This document shows positions 47,830 to 61,340 of a stretch of 64,000 nt of DNA, in pieces. The notes under the pieces are model-generated. The model searched no databases. It had not been told where the DNA came from and saw only the letters and a program-made list of their open reading frames with translations. The stretch is from an uncultured delta proteobacterium. Lineage in GTDB: Bacteria; Myxococcota; Myxococcia; Myxococcales; Anaeromyxobacteraceae. Numbering within the stretch: position 1 is the first letter of the stretch; each line of letters begins with the position of its first letter. A program made the position numbers and the translations under genes. Location of the stretch: NCBI GenBank assembly GCA_963828255.1, contig CAWHDZ010000017.1:32001-96000 (forward strand), given 5' to 3'.

Positions 47830-49478
47830 AGAAGCGCGCATCCGTTGCCGCCGCCGTGACGCTGGCCACGATGGCGATCGTTGCAATGACGCTGGCCGCC
47901 TGTGGCCCCACCGAGCCCGATCCAGCACCCCGAGTGACGTCGGTGGCGCCGGAGGGGGAGGGGATCGCCCCCGACGCACCTGGGATCTCGGTCCGGTTCA
48001 GCGAGCCGGTCGAGCCGTCCGGCATCGAGGACGGCCGCTTCCTGGCGCTGGCCACCGCGGCCGACGCGAAGTCGGCGGCCACCGCGGCCGGCTCGGCCAC
48101 CGGCATCGGTCCGGGCGTGGCGGTGGTCCCGTCCCGCGTCGTGCTCGGCGAGGGGGGGGCCGCGGCCCAGGTCGTCCCGGAGGCGCCGCTCCAGCCCCTG
48201 GGCGCCTACGCCGTCGTGGTCGGCACCGGCATCCGCAGCGTGAGCGGCCGCGCCGTCATGGACCCCACCGGGCGGAAGCGCGCCTTCGCCACCACCTTCC
48301 GCACCGGGCCCATGCCGGACAGGCTGCCGCCGGTGGCGCGGTGGATATCGCCCCCGCAAGGGCCGGCGCCGTCGAACCTCCGGGAGATCCGCATCGGGTT
48401 CTCGGAGGCGGTCACCGGGTCGCTCACGGTGAATGGCGTCGCGGGCCGGTCCAGGACCATCTCCCCCGACGTCCTCGCCCTGACCCTCGACGGGCCGCTT
48501 CCCTCCGGGCCGTTCGCCCCCGCGCTCGACGGGATCCGGGACGCGGGCGGGAACCGCCCGCTCCCGCTGCCGGCCATCGTGGCCGCCTCCTGCCGCGACG
48601 ACCGGGCGCCCGAGGTGGCGCCGGCCTCGGTGCGGGTCCTCCCGGCCGACACCGCCATCTCCCTGGCCGCCGACGCCTCGGAGGTGACCCGCCTCGGGGT
48701 CGAGGTTGCGGTGGAGCGGCTCGGCGAGGGCTGCGGGTCGCTCCCCGACGTTCCGGGGAGCCTGGTCGCCTGGGGAGAGTTCGCGCCCTGCCCCGGGCAC
48801 GACCCGTGCGGCGCCGCCACCCGCTGCCCGGCCGCGGCCACGGTGACCGGCCTCTGCCCGGGACGGCGAGTGAAGGTCCGCGTCCTGGCCGAGGACCTGG
48901 CCGGCAACGCCGCCGGGCCCGGTCCCTGGATGATGGCGGCCACCGGCTCCGCCGCGGCGCGCCCGGTCGTCACCGAGGTGCTGGCCGACGCGGCCACCCC
49001 GCAGGCCGGCGGGGAATACGTGGAGATCGCCAACCTGGGCAGCGGCGAGGCGGACCTCACCGGATGGAAGCTCGCCAAGCGGAGCGGCAGCGGGGCGGTC
49101 AGCCGGTGCACCATCGAGCCGAAGGGGGGCGCCATCCCTCCCGGGAGCCACGGTCTCGTCGTGGGCGGAGGCTGGGACGGGCGCTACCCCCTTCCGGCGG
49201 GCCTTCCCCTCTTCCAGTGCGGCGCAACGTCGCTCGCGGGAGGGCTCGCCGACGATCGGGCCCCGGCCATCGCGCTCGAGTCGCCGGCCGGGGCCGTGGT
49301 GTCCGGGCTCGGCTGGGCGGCGCCGTCCCTGCGCTGCACCGGCCGCTCGGTCGAGCGGATCCTGCCCGAGGGGGATGATGCGACGACCAACTTCGCCTGC
49401 GCCGGCGCCGCGCCGGGGACCCCCGGGGCCTGCAACGGGAGCACGCCGCCGGCAAGCTGCCCGCGAAGGCCCTACTGA
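47826..49478 (+). CDS. Lipoprotein with Ig-like (Big_5) and lamin-tail domains
   Basis: Lipobox LAAC; ISVRFSEPV; VVTEVLAD...GEYVEIANLGSGEADLTGWKL. Confidence 0.78.
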   Translation: MKKRASVAAAVTLATMAIVAMTLAACGPTEPDPAPRVTSVAPEGEGIAPDAPGISVRFSEPVEPSGIEDGRFLALATAADAKSAATAAGSATGIGPGVAVVPSRVVLGEGGAAAQVVPEAPLQPLGAYAVVVGTGIRSVSGRAVMDPTGRKRAFATTFRTGPMPDRLPPVARWISPPQGPAPSNLREIRIGFSEAVTGSLTVNGVAGRSRTISPDVLALTLDGPLPSGPFAPALDGIRDAGGNRPLPLPAIVAASCRDDRAPEVAPASVRVLPADTAISLAADASEVTRLGVEVAVERLGEGCGSLPDVPGSLVAWGEFAPCPGHDPCGAATRCPAAATVTGLCPGRRVKVRVLAEDLAGNAAGPGPWMMAATGSAAARPVVTEVLADAATPQAGGEYVEIANLGSGEADLTGWKLAKRSGSGAVSRCTIEPKGGAIPPGSHGLVVGGGWDGRYPLPAGLPLFQCGATSLAGGLADDRAPAIALESPAGAVVSGLGWAAPSLRCTGRSVERILPEGDDATTNFACAGAAPGTPGACNGSTPPASCPRRPY

Positions 49479-50185
49479 GCGTGCTCGGCGACCCACTTCC
49501 CGAGGAACTCGTCCTTGAAGAGGAACCCGTCGGCTCCGCAGTCGGCCGCGAGCTGCTCCACCGTCTCCCGCGCCGCGCCGGTGCAGAGGATCACCTTGAT
49601 GCCCCGGAAGCGCTCGTTCCCCTTCACGAAGCGGCAGAACTGCGGCCCGTCGATTCGGGGCATCTTGACGTCGAGGAGGATGAGGTCGGGGCGGGTCTCC
49701 CGGCGGGTCAGGATCGCCGTGGCCTCCTCGGCGTCGGAGGCGTAGAGCACCTCGAACCCCTTCCCGGCCAGGTCCCGGCTGAGGAACCGGGCCACGATCT
49801 CGTTGTCGTCCACGATGAGCACCCGCCGGCGCGCCACCAGCGCCGCGGCGAACCGCTGGGGGATCTCCTCGAGGGGATCGAGGCCGAGGAACCCGTCGGC
49901 GCCGCACCGGGTGGCGAGCTGGGCCAGCTCCTCCGGGGAAGCCACCCCCGTGACCAGCGCCCGCCCGGCGAAGCCCCGGTCGCGCAGCAGGGCGATGGCC
50001 CGGCGTCCGACCCTGGCGTCCACGACCAGTGCGTCGGCCCCGGCCAGATTCGACGCGAGCTGCAAGGGATCCGAGGAGGCCACCGACTGGTGCCCCGCCT
50101 TCGACAGCGACAGCGCGACGGCGTCGCCGACGATCTCGTTCTCGCAGCAGACCAGGACCTTCACCGCCCCGGAACCATACCGCAT
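49472..50185 (-). CDS. Response regulator with two receiver domains (first degenerate)
   Basis: VLVCCENE pseudo-REC; second domain VLIVDD..LLDVKMP. Confidence 0.8.
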   Translation of the reverse strand: MRYGSGAVKVLVCCENEIVGDAVALSLSKAGHQSVASSDPLQLASNLAGADALVVDARVGRRAIALLRDRGFAGRALVTGVASPEELAQLATRCGADGFLGLDPLEEIPQRFAAALVARRRVLIVDDNEIVARFLSRDLAGKGFEVLYASDAEEATAILTRRETRPDLILLDVKMPRIDGPQFCRFVKGNERFRGIKVILCTGAARETVEQLAADCGADGFLFKDEFLGKWVAEHAQ

Positions 50186-50240
50186 CGACCCCCGACAGGG
50201 TCGAATTGCCGCTCCCCGGTGCGTGTGCTAGCCGTGGGGC

Positions 50241-51559
<1,319 letters not shown>

Positions 51560-51563
<4 letters not shown>

Positions 51564-52396
51564 ACCGGACCGTCGAGCTGCACACGCGCCTGGACTACGC
51601 GCGGGCCTGGATCCGCGGTCGCACCGAGCACCGCCCGGTGGTGGGGGTGGTCCTGGGCTCCGGGCTGGGAGCCCTGGCCGAACGGATCGAGGAACGGGTC
51701 ACCATCCCCTACGAGGAGATCCCCGAGTTCCCCGCACCCACCGTGACGGGCCACGCCGGGCGGCTCGTGGTGGGGAAGCTGGGCGCCACGCCCGTGGCGG
51801 TCCTCCAGGGGCGGTCCCACCTCTACGAGGGCGCCTCGGCTGGGACCGTGGCCTTCGGGGTCCGGCTCCTGGCCTGGTTCGGCGTCCGGTCGCTGCTCCT
51901 CACCAACGCGGCCGGCGCCGTGAACCCGGCGCTGGCGCCGGGCGGGCTGGTCCGCATCACCGACCACCTGAACCTCACCGGGGCGAACCCGCTCACCGGG
52001 CCCAACGACGAGCGGCTGGGTACGCGCTTCCCGGACATGGGCGAGCTCTACGACGCCCGGCTGGGCGCCCTGCTCGACGCCTGCGCCGCGCGCCTGGGCG
52101 TCGGGCTGGGGCAGGGGATCTACGCCGGCCTGGCCGGCCCGAGCTACGAGACCCCGGCCGAGATCCGCATGCTCCGGACCCTGGGCGCCGACCTGGTGGG
52201 CATGTCCACCGTCCTCGAGGTGATCGCGGCCCGCCACGCCGGCGTCCGGGTGGCGGCGATCTCGGTGGTGACCAACCTGGCGGCCGGGCTCTCGGCGCAG
52301 GCGCTCTCGCACGAGGAGGTGCTCCGGGCCGGGGCCGGCGCGGTGGATCGGCTCGATCGGCTCGTGCAGGCATGGGCTCCGGAGGCGGCGCCTTGA
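51560..52396 (+). CDS. punA: Purine-nucleoside phosphorylase (trimeric type)
   Basis: [42 protein letters not shown]. Confidence 0.92.
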
Positions 52397-52686
52397 CCGG
52401 CCAGCACCGCCTCCACGTTCTGGTCCGCGACCCGGCCGCCGGGGGCTCCTTCGAGGAGTGGAGGGGCTGGCTCGACGGGGAAGGCATGCACTTCACCATG
52501 AGTCATCCTCCGGCGCGGCGGCTCGAGCTGCGCTTCCTGCTCCCCGGCGCCGGCGTCGAGACCCGCGCAGGCGGGGAGGTGCTCCGGGTGGACCGGAGCG
52601 GCGACGCCTTCCTGGCCCACGCGCGCCTCGACGGCATGGACGGGGCGAGCCGGGCGGCCGTGGAGAAGTTCCTGGAGGAAGCGTGA
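52393..52686 (+). CDS. Small degenerate PilZ-like protein
   Basis: [18 protein letters not shown]...[14 protein letters not shown]; overlaps both neighbours by 4 bp. Confidence 0.5.
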   Translation: MTGQHRLHVLVRDPAAGGSFEEWRGWLDGEGMHFTMSHPPARRLELRFLLPGAGVETRAGGEVLRVDRSGDAFLAHARLDGMDGASRAAVEKFLEEA

Positions 52687-53102
52687 AGGCACGCGACCTG
52701 GTGCCGGCCGCGCGGGCGGCGCGCCGGCGGGCCTACGCCCCCTACTCGGATTTCCGGGTCGGAGCCGCGCTGCGCGCCGGGGGCCGGGTCTTCGAGGGCG
52801 CCAACGTGGAGAACGCCAGTTACGGGCTGACCGTCTGCGCCGAGCGCGCCGCGGTCCTGGCGGCGGTCCTGGCCGGGAGGCGCACCCTCGAGTCCCTGGC
52901 CGTGGCCAGCGGGACCGTCCCGCCCACGCCCCCCTGCGGGATGTGCCTGCAGACCCTGGCCGAGTTCGCCGGACCCGGACTCCCGGTGACGCTGGCCGGG
53001 GCCCGCGGGTCCCGCGTGGAGACCACGCTGGGAGCGCTCCTGCCCCGGGCCTTCGGCGCGGCGCAGCTCGGCGGCGCCCGGCCCGTGAAGGTGCGGCCGT
53101 GA
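52683..53102 (+). CDS. cdd: Cytidine deaminase
   Basis: [37 protein letters not shown]. Confidence 0.94.
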   Translation: MKARDLVPAARAARRRAYAPYSDFRVGAALRAGGRVFEGANVENASYGLTVCAERAAVLAAVLAGRRTLESLAVASGTVPPTPPCGMCLQTLAEFAGPGLPVTLAGARGSRVETTLGALLPRAFGAAQLGGARPVKVRP

Positions 53103-54070
53103 GGGTCTTCCACGGCCTGGACGGCGCCACCGACCTGCGCGGCTGCGCCGTGGCCATCGGCAACTTCGACGGCGTGCACCTGGGCCACCTCCGGCTCCTC
53201 GAGACGGCGCGGGCCCGCGCCGCCACCCACCGGGCGCCCTCGGTCGCGCTCACCTTCGAGCCGCACCCGGCGCGGGTGCTGCGCCCCCGCATGGCGCCCC
53301 CGGCCATCACCCCGCCCGCCCGGAAGCTCGAGCTCCTCGAGGAGGCGGGCATGGACGCGGTGGTGGTGCTGCCCTTCGACATGGCCTACGCGGCCACCCC
53401 GGCCGCCGCGTTCGTGAAGCGCGACCTGTGCGCCCGCCTGGGAGCGGCCGACGTGGTGGTGGGGTACGATTTCACGGCGGGTCACGAGCGGGCCCGGGTG
53501 GACGCGCTGCGGGAGCTCCTCCTCGCCTGCGGCATCGGGCTCTCGGTCATCCAGCCGGTCACCGCCGACGGCCTCACCGTGAGCTCGACCAAGGTCCGGG
53601 AGTTCCTGCTCGAGGGCAACGTCGAGGGTGCGGCGGTCCTGCTCGGGAGGTCGCACGACGTCGAGGCGGTGGTCGAGCGGGGCGCGGGGCGCGGGCGGAC
53701 CATCGGCTTCGCCACCGCCAACCTGCGCCCGGAGGGGCTCCTCCCCGCCCTGGGCGTCTACGCGGCCCGGGCCCGGGTCGGGGTGGGGCTGCGCCCCGAC
53801 GGGGTGTCCCACACGGCGGGGGCACGGGCCCTCGACGCGGTCTGCAACGTCGGCGTGAAGCCCACCGTCGAGGAGTCTGGCCCGGTGGGGCTCGAGGCGC
53901 ACCTCCTCGGCCACGACGGAAGCGACCTCTACGGGGAGCGCGTCCGGGTCGAGTTCGTCGGGCGCATCCGACCCGAGAGGCGCTTCCCGTCCATCGAGGC
54001 GCTCCGCTCCCAGATCGCAGCCGACGCCGGCGCGGCCCGGGACCTCCTGGCGCGCTCCCGCGATCGCTGA
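53099..54070 (+). CDS. ribF: Bifunctional riboflavin kinase/FAD synthetase
   Basis: [44 protein letters not shown]. Confidence 0.94.
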   Translation: MRVFHGLDGATDLRGCAVAIGNFDGVHLGHLRLLETARARAATHRAPSVALTFEPHPARVLRPRMAPPAITPPARKLELLEEAGMDAVVVLPFDMAYAATPAAAFVKRDLCARLGAADVVVGYDFTAGHERARVDALRELLLACGIGLSVIQPVTADGLTVSSTKVREFLLEGNVEGAAVLLGRSHDVEAVVERGAGRGRTIGFATANLRPEGLLPALGVYAARARVGVGLRPDGVSHTAGARALDAVCNVGVKPTVEESGPVGLEAHLLGHDGSDLYGERVRVEFVGRIRPERRFPSIEALRSQIAADAGAARDLLARSRDR

Positions 54071-54122
54071 CCGGCGCGCACGAAAGCCGTCCTGATTCCG
54101 GGGGCTTGTCCCCCACCGTTCC

Positions 54123-54152
54123 TTGACCCCCCCGGAAACGCGATGCTACCGT
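54123..54152 (+). promoter_or_regulatory. Candidate sigma70 promoter of the pil operon
   Basis: TTGACC-N18-TACCGT with an extended -10 TG. Confidence 0.4.
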
Positions 54153-54195
54153 CGAATTTCTTCCTGCGCGCTCGATCCCGGGAGAGAGTGACCAC

Positions 54196-55899
<1,704 letters not shown>

Positions 55900-55909
55900 G
55901 AGGACGATC

Positions 55910-57010
55910 GTGGCCAACCTTCATCAACTGCTCAAGGCGATGGTCGAGAAGGGCGCGAGCGACCTGCACATCACCACCGGCTCGCCGCCCCAGCTTCGCA
56001 TCGACGGCAAGCTGGTGCCCCTCAAGACCAACCCGCTCACGCCGGTCGAGACCAAGCAGCTCTGCTACTCGATCCTCACCGACGCCCAGAAGCACCGCTT
56101 CGAGGAGGAGACCGAGCTCGACCTCTCCTTCGGGGTGAAGTCGCTCTCCCGCTTCCGCGCCAACGTCTTCCTGCAGCGCGGCGCCGTGGCCGGGGCCTTC
56201 CGCACCATCCCCTTCAAGATCCTCTCCTTCCAGGAGCTGGGGCTCCCCCCGGTGGTGACGGAGCTGGCCAAGAAGCCGCGCGGGCTGGTGCTGGTCACCG
56301 GGCCCACCGGCTCGGGCAAGTCGACGACGCTGGCCTCGATCATCGACAAGGTCAACACCGACCGTCACGAGCACATCATCACCATCGAGGATCCCATCGA
56401 GTACCTCCACCCCCACAAGAACTGCCTGGTGAACCAGCGCGAGGTGGGGGCCGACACCCAGTCCTTCAAGAAGGCGCTCAAGTACATCCTGCGCCAGGAC
56501 CCGGACGTGGTGCTCATCGGCGAGATGCGCGATCTGGAGACCATCGAGGCTGCGCTGGTGGTCTCCGAGACCGGCCACCTGGCCTTCGCGACCCTGCACA
56601 CCAACAGCTGCGTGCAGACCATCAACCGCATCCTCGACGTCTTCCCGCCCTACCAGCAGCCGCAGGTCCGGGCCCAGCTCTCCTTCGTGCTCGAGGGGGT
56701 GCTCACCCAGAACCTGCTGCCCCGTGCGGGCGGCCCCGGGCGCGTCCTGGCCCTCGAGATCATGGTGCCCAACCCGGCCATCCGGAACCTCATCCGCGAG
56801 GACAAGGTCCACCAGGTCTACTCCCAGATGCAGATCGGCCAGACCAAGTTCGGGATGCAGACCTTCAACCAGAGCCTGGCCGGCCTGGTGCAGAAGCGCC
56901 TCATCACGGTGGACGAGGCGCTGGGGCGCTCCAGCGACGCCGACGAGCTGAAGAACATGCTGACCAGCGGGACGGGGGTGCGAACCACCGCGCCCGCGCC
57001 GCAGCGGTAG
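55910..57010 (+). CDS. pilT: Type IV pilus retraction ATPase
   Basis: ASDLH, GPTGSGKSTT, EDPIE, AIRNLIRE, GMQT. Confidence 0.96.
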   Translation: MANLHQLLKAMVEKGASDLHITTGSPPQLRIDGKLVPLKTNPLTPVETKQLCYSILTDAQKHRFEEETELDLSFGVKSLSRFRANVFLQRGAVAGAFRTIPFKILSFQELGLPPVVTELAKKPRGLVLVTGPTGSGKSTTLASIIDKVNTDRHEHIITIEDPIEYLHPHKNCLVNQREVGADTQSFKKALKYILRQDPDVVLIGEMRDLETIEAALVVSETGHLAFATLHTNSCVQTINRILDVFPPYQQPQVRAQLSFVLEGVLTQNLLPRAGGPGRVLALEIMVPNPAIRNLIREDKVHQVYSQMQIGQTKFGMQTFNQSLAGLVQKRLITVDEALGRSSDADELKNMLTSGTGVRTTAPAPQR

Positions 57011-57092
57011 TCAACGGTAGGTGGATGTGAGGATCGACGCGGGACGGTCCCTGTCCTAGACTCGGGGGACGGGATCCGGGAGCGAGGGGCTC

Positions 57093-58355
57093 ATGGCACA
57101 GGCGGCAGCAACCAAGATGGGAACCAAGAACGCTCCGGCGGTGCGCAAGCTCCCGGTGTGGAAGTGGGAGGCCAAGACCCGGCAGGGAGAGGTGCGCGCC
57201 GGCGAGATGGAGGCCGCCGACGACGCGGCGGTGAAGGCGCGCCTCACGCAGATGGGGCTCGACCCCACCAAGGTGAAGAAGAAGCCCAGGGAGCTGCACC
57301 TCAAGATCCCCGGGACCGGTGGGGTCACCACCAAGGACCTGCTGGTCTTCACCCGGCAGTTCTCGGTGATGATCGACGCCGGCCTGCCGCTGGTGCAGGG
57401 GCTCGAGATCATCGCCGCCCAGGCCGACAACCGCGAGTTCCGGCGCGTGCTCACCGACGTCAAGCTGCGGGTCGAGTCGGGCTCCACCTTCGCCGACGCG
57501 CTGGCGGTCCATCCCAAGGTCTTCGACGAGCTCTTCACGCAGCTGGTCCGCGCCGGCGAGATCGGCGGCATGCTCGACACCATCCTGCAGCGGCTCGGCG
57601 CCTACATCGAGAAGAACGAGAAGCTGAAGCGGCGCGTGAAGGGCGCCATGATGTACCCATCCATCGTCCTCGTGGTCGCGGTGGGCGTGACCCTCGTCAT
57701 GCTCATGTTCGTCACCCCCACCTTCGAGAAGATGTTCAAGGACTTCGGCGGGGCCATGCCGGCGCCGACCCAGTTCCTCATCGACCTGTCGCACGCCCTG
57801 ACGACCTACTGGTACCTGCTCGTCGGGATCCCGGTGGCGCTGTTCATCGCCTGGCGCGCCTGGGTGGGAACGGCGGCCGGCAGGATGCAGTGGGACGCCT
57901 TCGTCCTGAAGGTTCCGGTCGCGGGCTCGCTGGTCCGCAAGATCGCGGTGGCCCGCTTCACCCGGACGCTCGGCACCATGCTCTCCTCCGGCGTGCCCAT
58001 CCTCGACGCCCTCGAGATCGTCGCCAAGTCCTCGGGGAACAAGGTGATCGAGCGGGCCATCCTCACGGTTCGGTTGCGCATCGCCGAGGGGAAGAACATC
58101 GCCGGTCCGCTCGCCGAGACCAAGGTCTTCCCGCCCATGGTGGTGCAGATGATCGGGGTGGGCGAGGCCACCGGCGCCATGGACCAGATGCTCAACAAGA
58201 TCGCCGATTTCTACGACGACGAGGTCGACGTCGCCGTGGGCGCGCTGACGAGCGCCATCGAGCCCGTCATGATGGTTTTCCTGGGCGGTATGGTGGGCGG
58301 GTTCATGGTGGCCATGTACCTCCCCATCTTCAGCGTCGCCGGGAACATCAAGTAG
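57093..58355 (+). CDS. pilC: Type IV pilus inner-membrane platform protein
   Basis: FTRQFSVMIDAGLPL, AGEIGG, GEATG, AMYLPIF. Confidence 0.95.
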   Translation: MAQAAATKMGTKNAPAVRKLPVWKWEAKTRQGEVRAGEMEAADDAAVKARLTQMGLDPTKVKKKPRELHLKIPGTGGVTTKDLLVFTRQFSVMIDAGLPLVQGLEIIAAQADNREFRRVLTDVKLRVESGSTFADALAVHPKVFDELFTQLVRAGEIGGMLDTILQRLGAYIEKNEKLKRRVKGAMMYPSIVLVVAVGVTLVMLMFVTPTFEKMFKDFGGAMPAPTQFLIDLSHALTTYWYLLVGIPVALFIAWRAWVGTAAGRMQWDAFVLKVPVAGSLVRKIAVARFTRTLGTMLSSGVPILDALEIVAKSSGNKVIERAILTVRLRIAEGKNIAGPLAETKVFPPMVVQMIGVGEATGAMDQMLNKIADFYDDEVDVAVGALTSAIEPVMMVFLGGMVGGFMVAMYLPIFSVAGNIK

Positions 58356-58360
58356 CCACC

Positions 58361-59938
58361 ATGGCGGAGTGGATGACCGACCCGGCGCGGCGCAAGCTCG
58401 CCTGGGTCATCCTGTTCCGGCTCGTGCTCGACACGGTCCTGCTGGGCGGGACCGCCTTCTGGCAGGTCGGGGCCGGTGGAGCCACGCCGGCGCTGGCCAC
58501 CGCCCTCTACGGCATCGTCCTCGGGACCTTCGTGGCGTCGCTGGCCTTCGCGGCCTGGCTGACCTCGGGGAGATGGCTTCAGGGCCTGGCCTGGGCCCAG
58601 ATCGCCGCCGACGTGGCCATCGCCACGGCGGTGGTGGCCGTCACCGGGTGGAGCGACAGCGTCTTCGTCTTCATGTACTCGCTGGCCATCGTGGAGGGGG
58701 CGATCCTGCTCTTCCGCGTCGGCGCCGCAGGCGCGCTCGGCCTCTCGCTCGTCACCTACGTCTCGCTCATCGCCCTGGTGGCGCCTGGCCGGCCCGCCGT
58801 CCTGTCCCTCTTCGCCCACGCCGGCGCCTTCGTGGCCTCGGGGGCGCTCGCCACCTACCTCGCCGAGCAGCTCCGGCGGACCGGCGAGAAGCTCGAGGCC
58901 CGCGAGTCCGACCTGGCGGCAGTCACGGCGCTGCAGGAGGCCATCGTCCAGTCGGTGGCGGCGGGACTCGTCACCCTCGACGCCGCCGACCGCGTCACCT
59001 TCCTGAACCGGGCCGGCGAGCAGATCACCGGGCTCCGGGCCGAGGACGTGCGCGGCCAGCCCGCCGCACAGTGGTTCTCCGGCATGCACGAGCAGACCGG
59101 CCGCGACGAGACCGACTTCGAGAACGTCCGCGGGGAGCGGCTGCGCCTGGGCTACACCCACTTCGCGCTGCGCGGACGCGACGGAAAGCCCATCGGCCGC
59201 GCCGTCATCTTCCAGGACCTCTCCGGGCTGCGGGCCATGGAGGAGCGGGTGCAGCGCAGCGAGCGGCTCGCCGACATCGGCCGGGTGGCGGCCGGCCTGG
59301 CCCACGAGCTGCGCAACCCGGTCGCCGCCATGTCCGGCTCGATCGAGCTCCTGCGCGCGGGCCTCGAGCTGGCCCCCGACGAGGCGCGGCTCATGGACAT
59401 CGTCACCCGCGAGGCCTCGCGCCTGAACGAGCTGGTCACGCGCTTCCTGGAGTACGCGCGCCCGGCCGTTCCCCGACGCGGCCACACCGACCTGGCCCGG
59501 CTCGCCTCCGACACCCTGGATGTCTTCGCCAACGACCCGGCGGCGGCCTCCATCCGGATCGATCGGGAGCTCGCCCCGGCGGGCTGCCGGTGCGACTCCG
59601 ACCTCATGCGGCAGGTGCTCTGGAACCTGCTCGCCAACGCCGCCCACGCGGCGCGCTGGCACGACACGACCAGCCGGGACCGGGGGCGGGTGACGGTCCG
59701 GACGGGCAAGGACGAGGACGGCTGGACGCGGCTCGAGGTGGAGGACGACGGCGCCGGCATCCCGGCCCAGGACCTTCCTCGCCTGTTCACGCCGTTCTTC
59801 ACCACCAAGGAGCGCGGCAGCGGCCTCGGGCTGGCCACCGTCCAGCGGGTGGTGGACGCCCACCACGGCACCATCGTCGCGGGAGCCGGGGGCGACGGCG
59901 GCGCCCGCTTCGTGGTCAGGCTGCCGCCGGAAGGTTAG
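58361..59938 (+). CDS. pilS: Sensor histidine kinase PilS-like
   Basis: Multiple TM helices, PAS, HELRNP, NLLAN, FFTTKERGSGLGL; position after pilC. Confidence 0.85.
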   Translation: MAEWMTDPARRKLAWVILFRLVLDTVLLGGTAFWQVGAGGATPALATALYGIVLGTFVASLAFAAWLTSGRWLQGLAWAQIAADVAIATAVVAVTGWSDSVFVFMYSLAIVEGAILLFRVGAAGALGLSLVTYVSLIALVAPGRPAVLSLFAHAGAFVASGALATYLAEQLRRTGEKLEARESDLAAVTALQEAIVQSVAAGLVTLDAADRVTFLNRAGEQITGLRAEDVRGQPAAQWFSGMHEQTGRDETDFENVRGERLRLGYTHFALRGRDGKPIGRAVIFQDLSGLRAMEERVQRSERLADIGRVAAGLAHELRNPVAAMSGSIELLRAGLELAPDEARLMDIVTREASRLNELVTRFLEYARPAVPRRGHTDLARLASDTLDVFANDPAAASIRIDRELAPAGCRCDSDLMRQVLWNLLANAAHAARWHDTTSRDRGRVTVRTGKDEDGWTRLEVEDDGAGIPAQDLPRLFTPFFTTKERGSGLGLATVQRVVDAHHGTIVAGAGGDGGARFVVRLPPEG

Positions 59939-59946
59939 AAGAGGGC

Positions 59947-61320
<1,374 letters not shown>

Positions 61321-61340
61321 CCGCCGACCCCGGTTCCTGG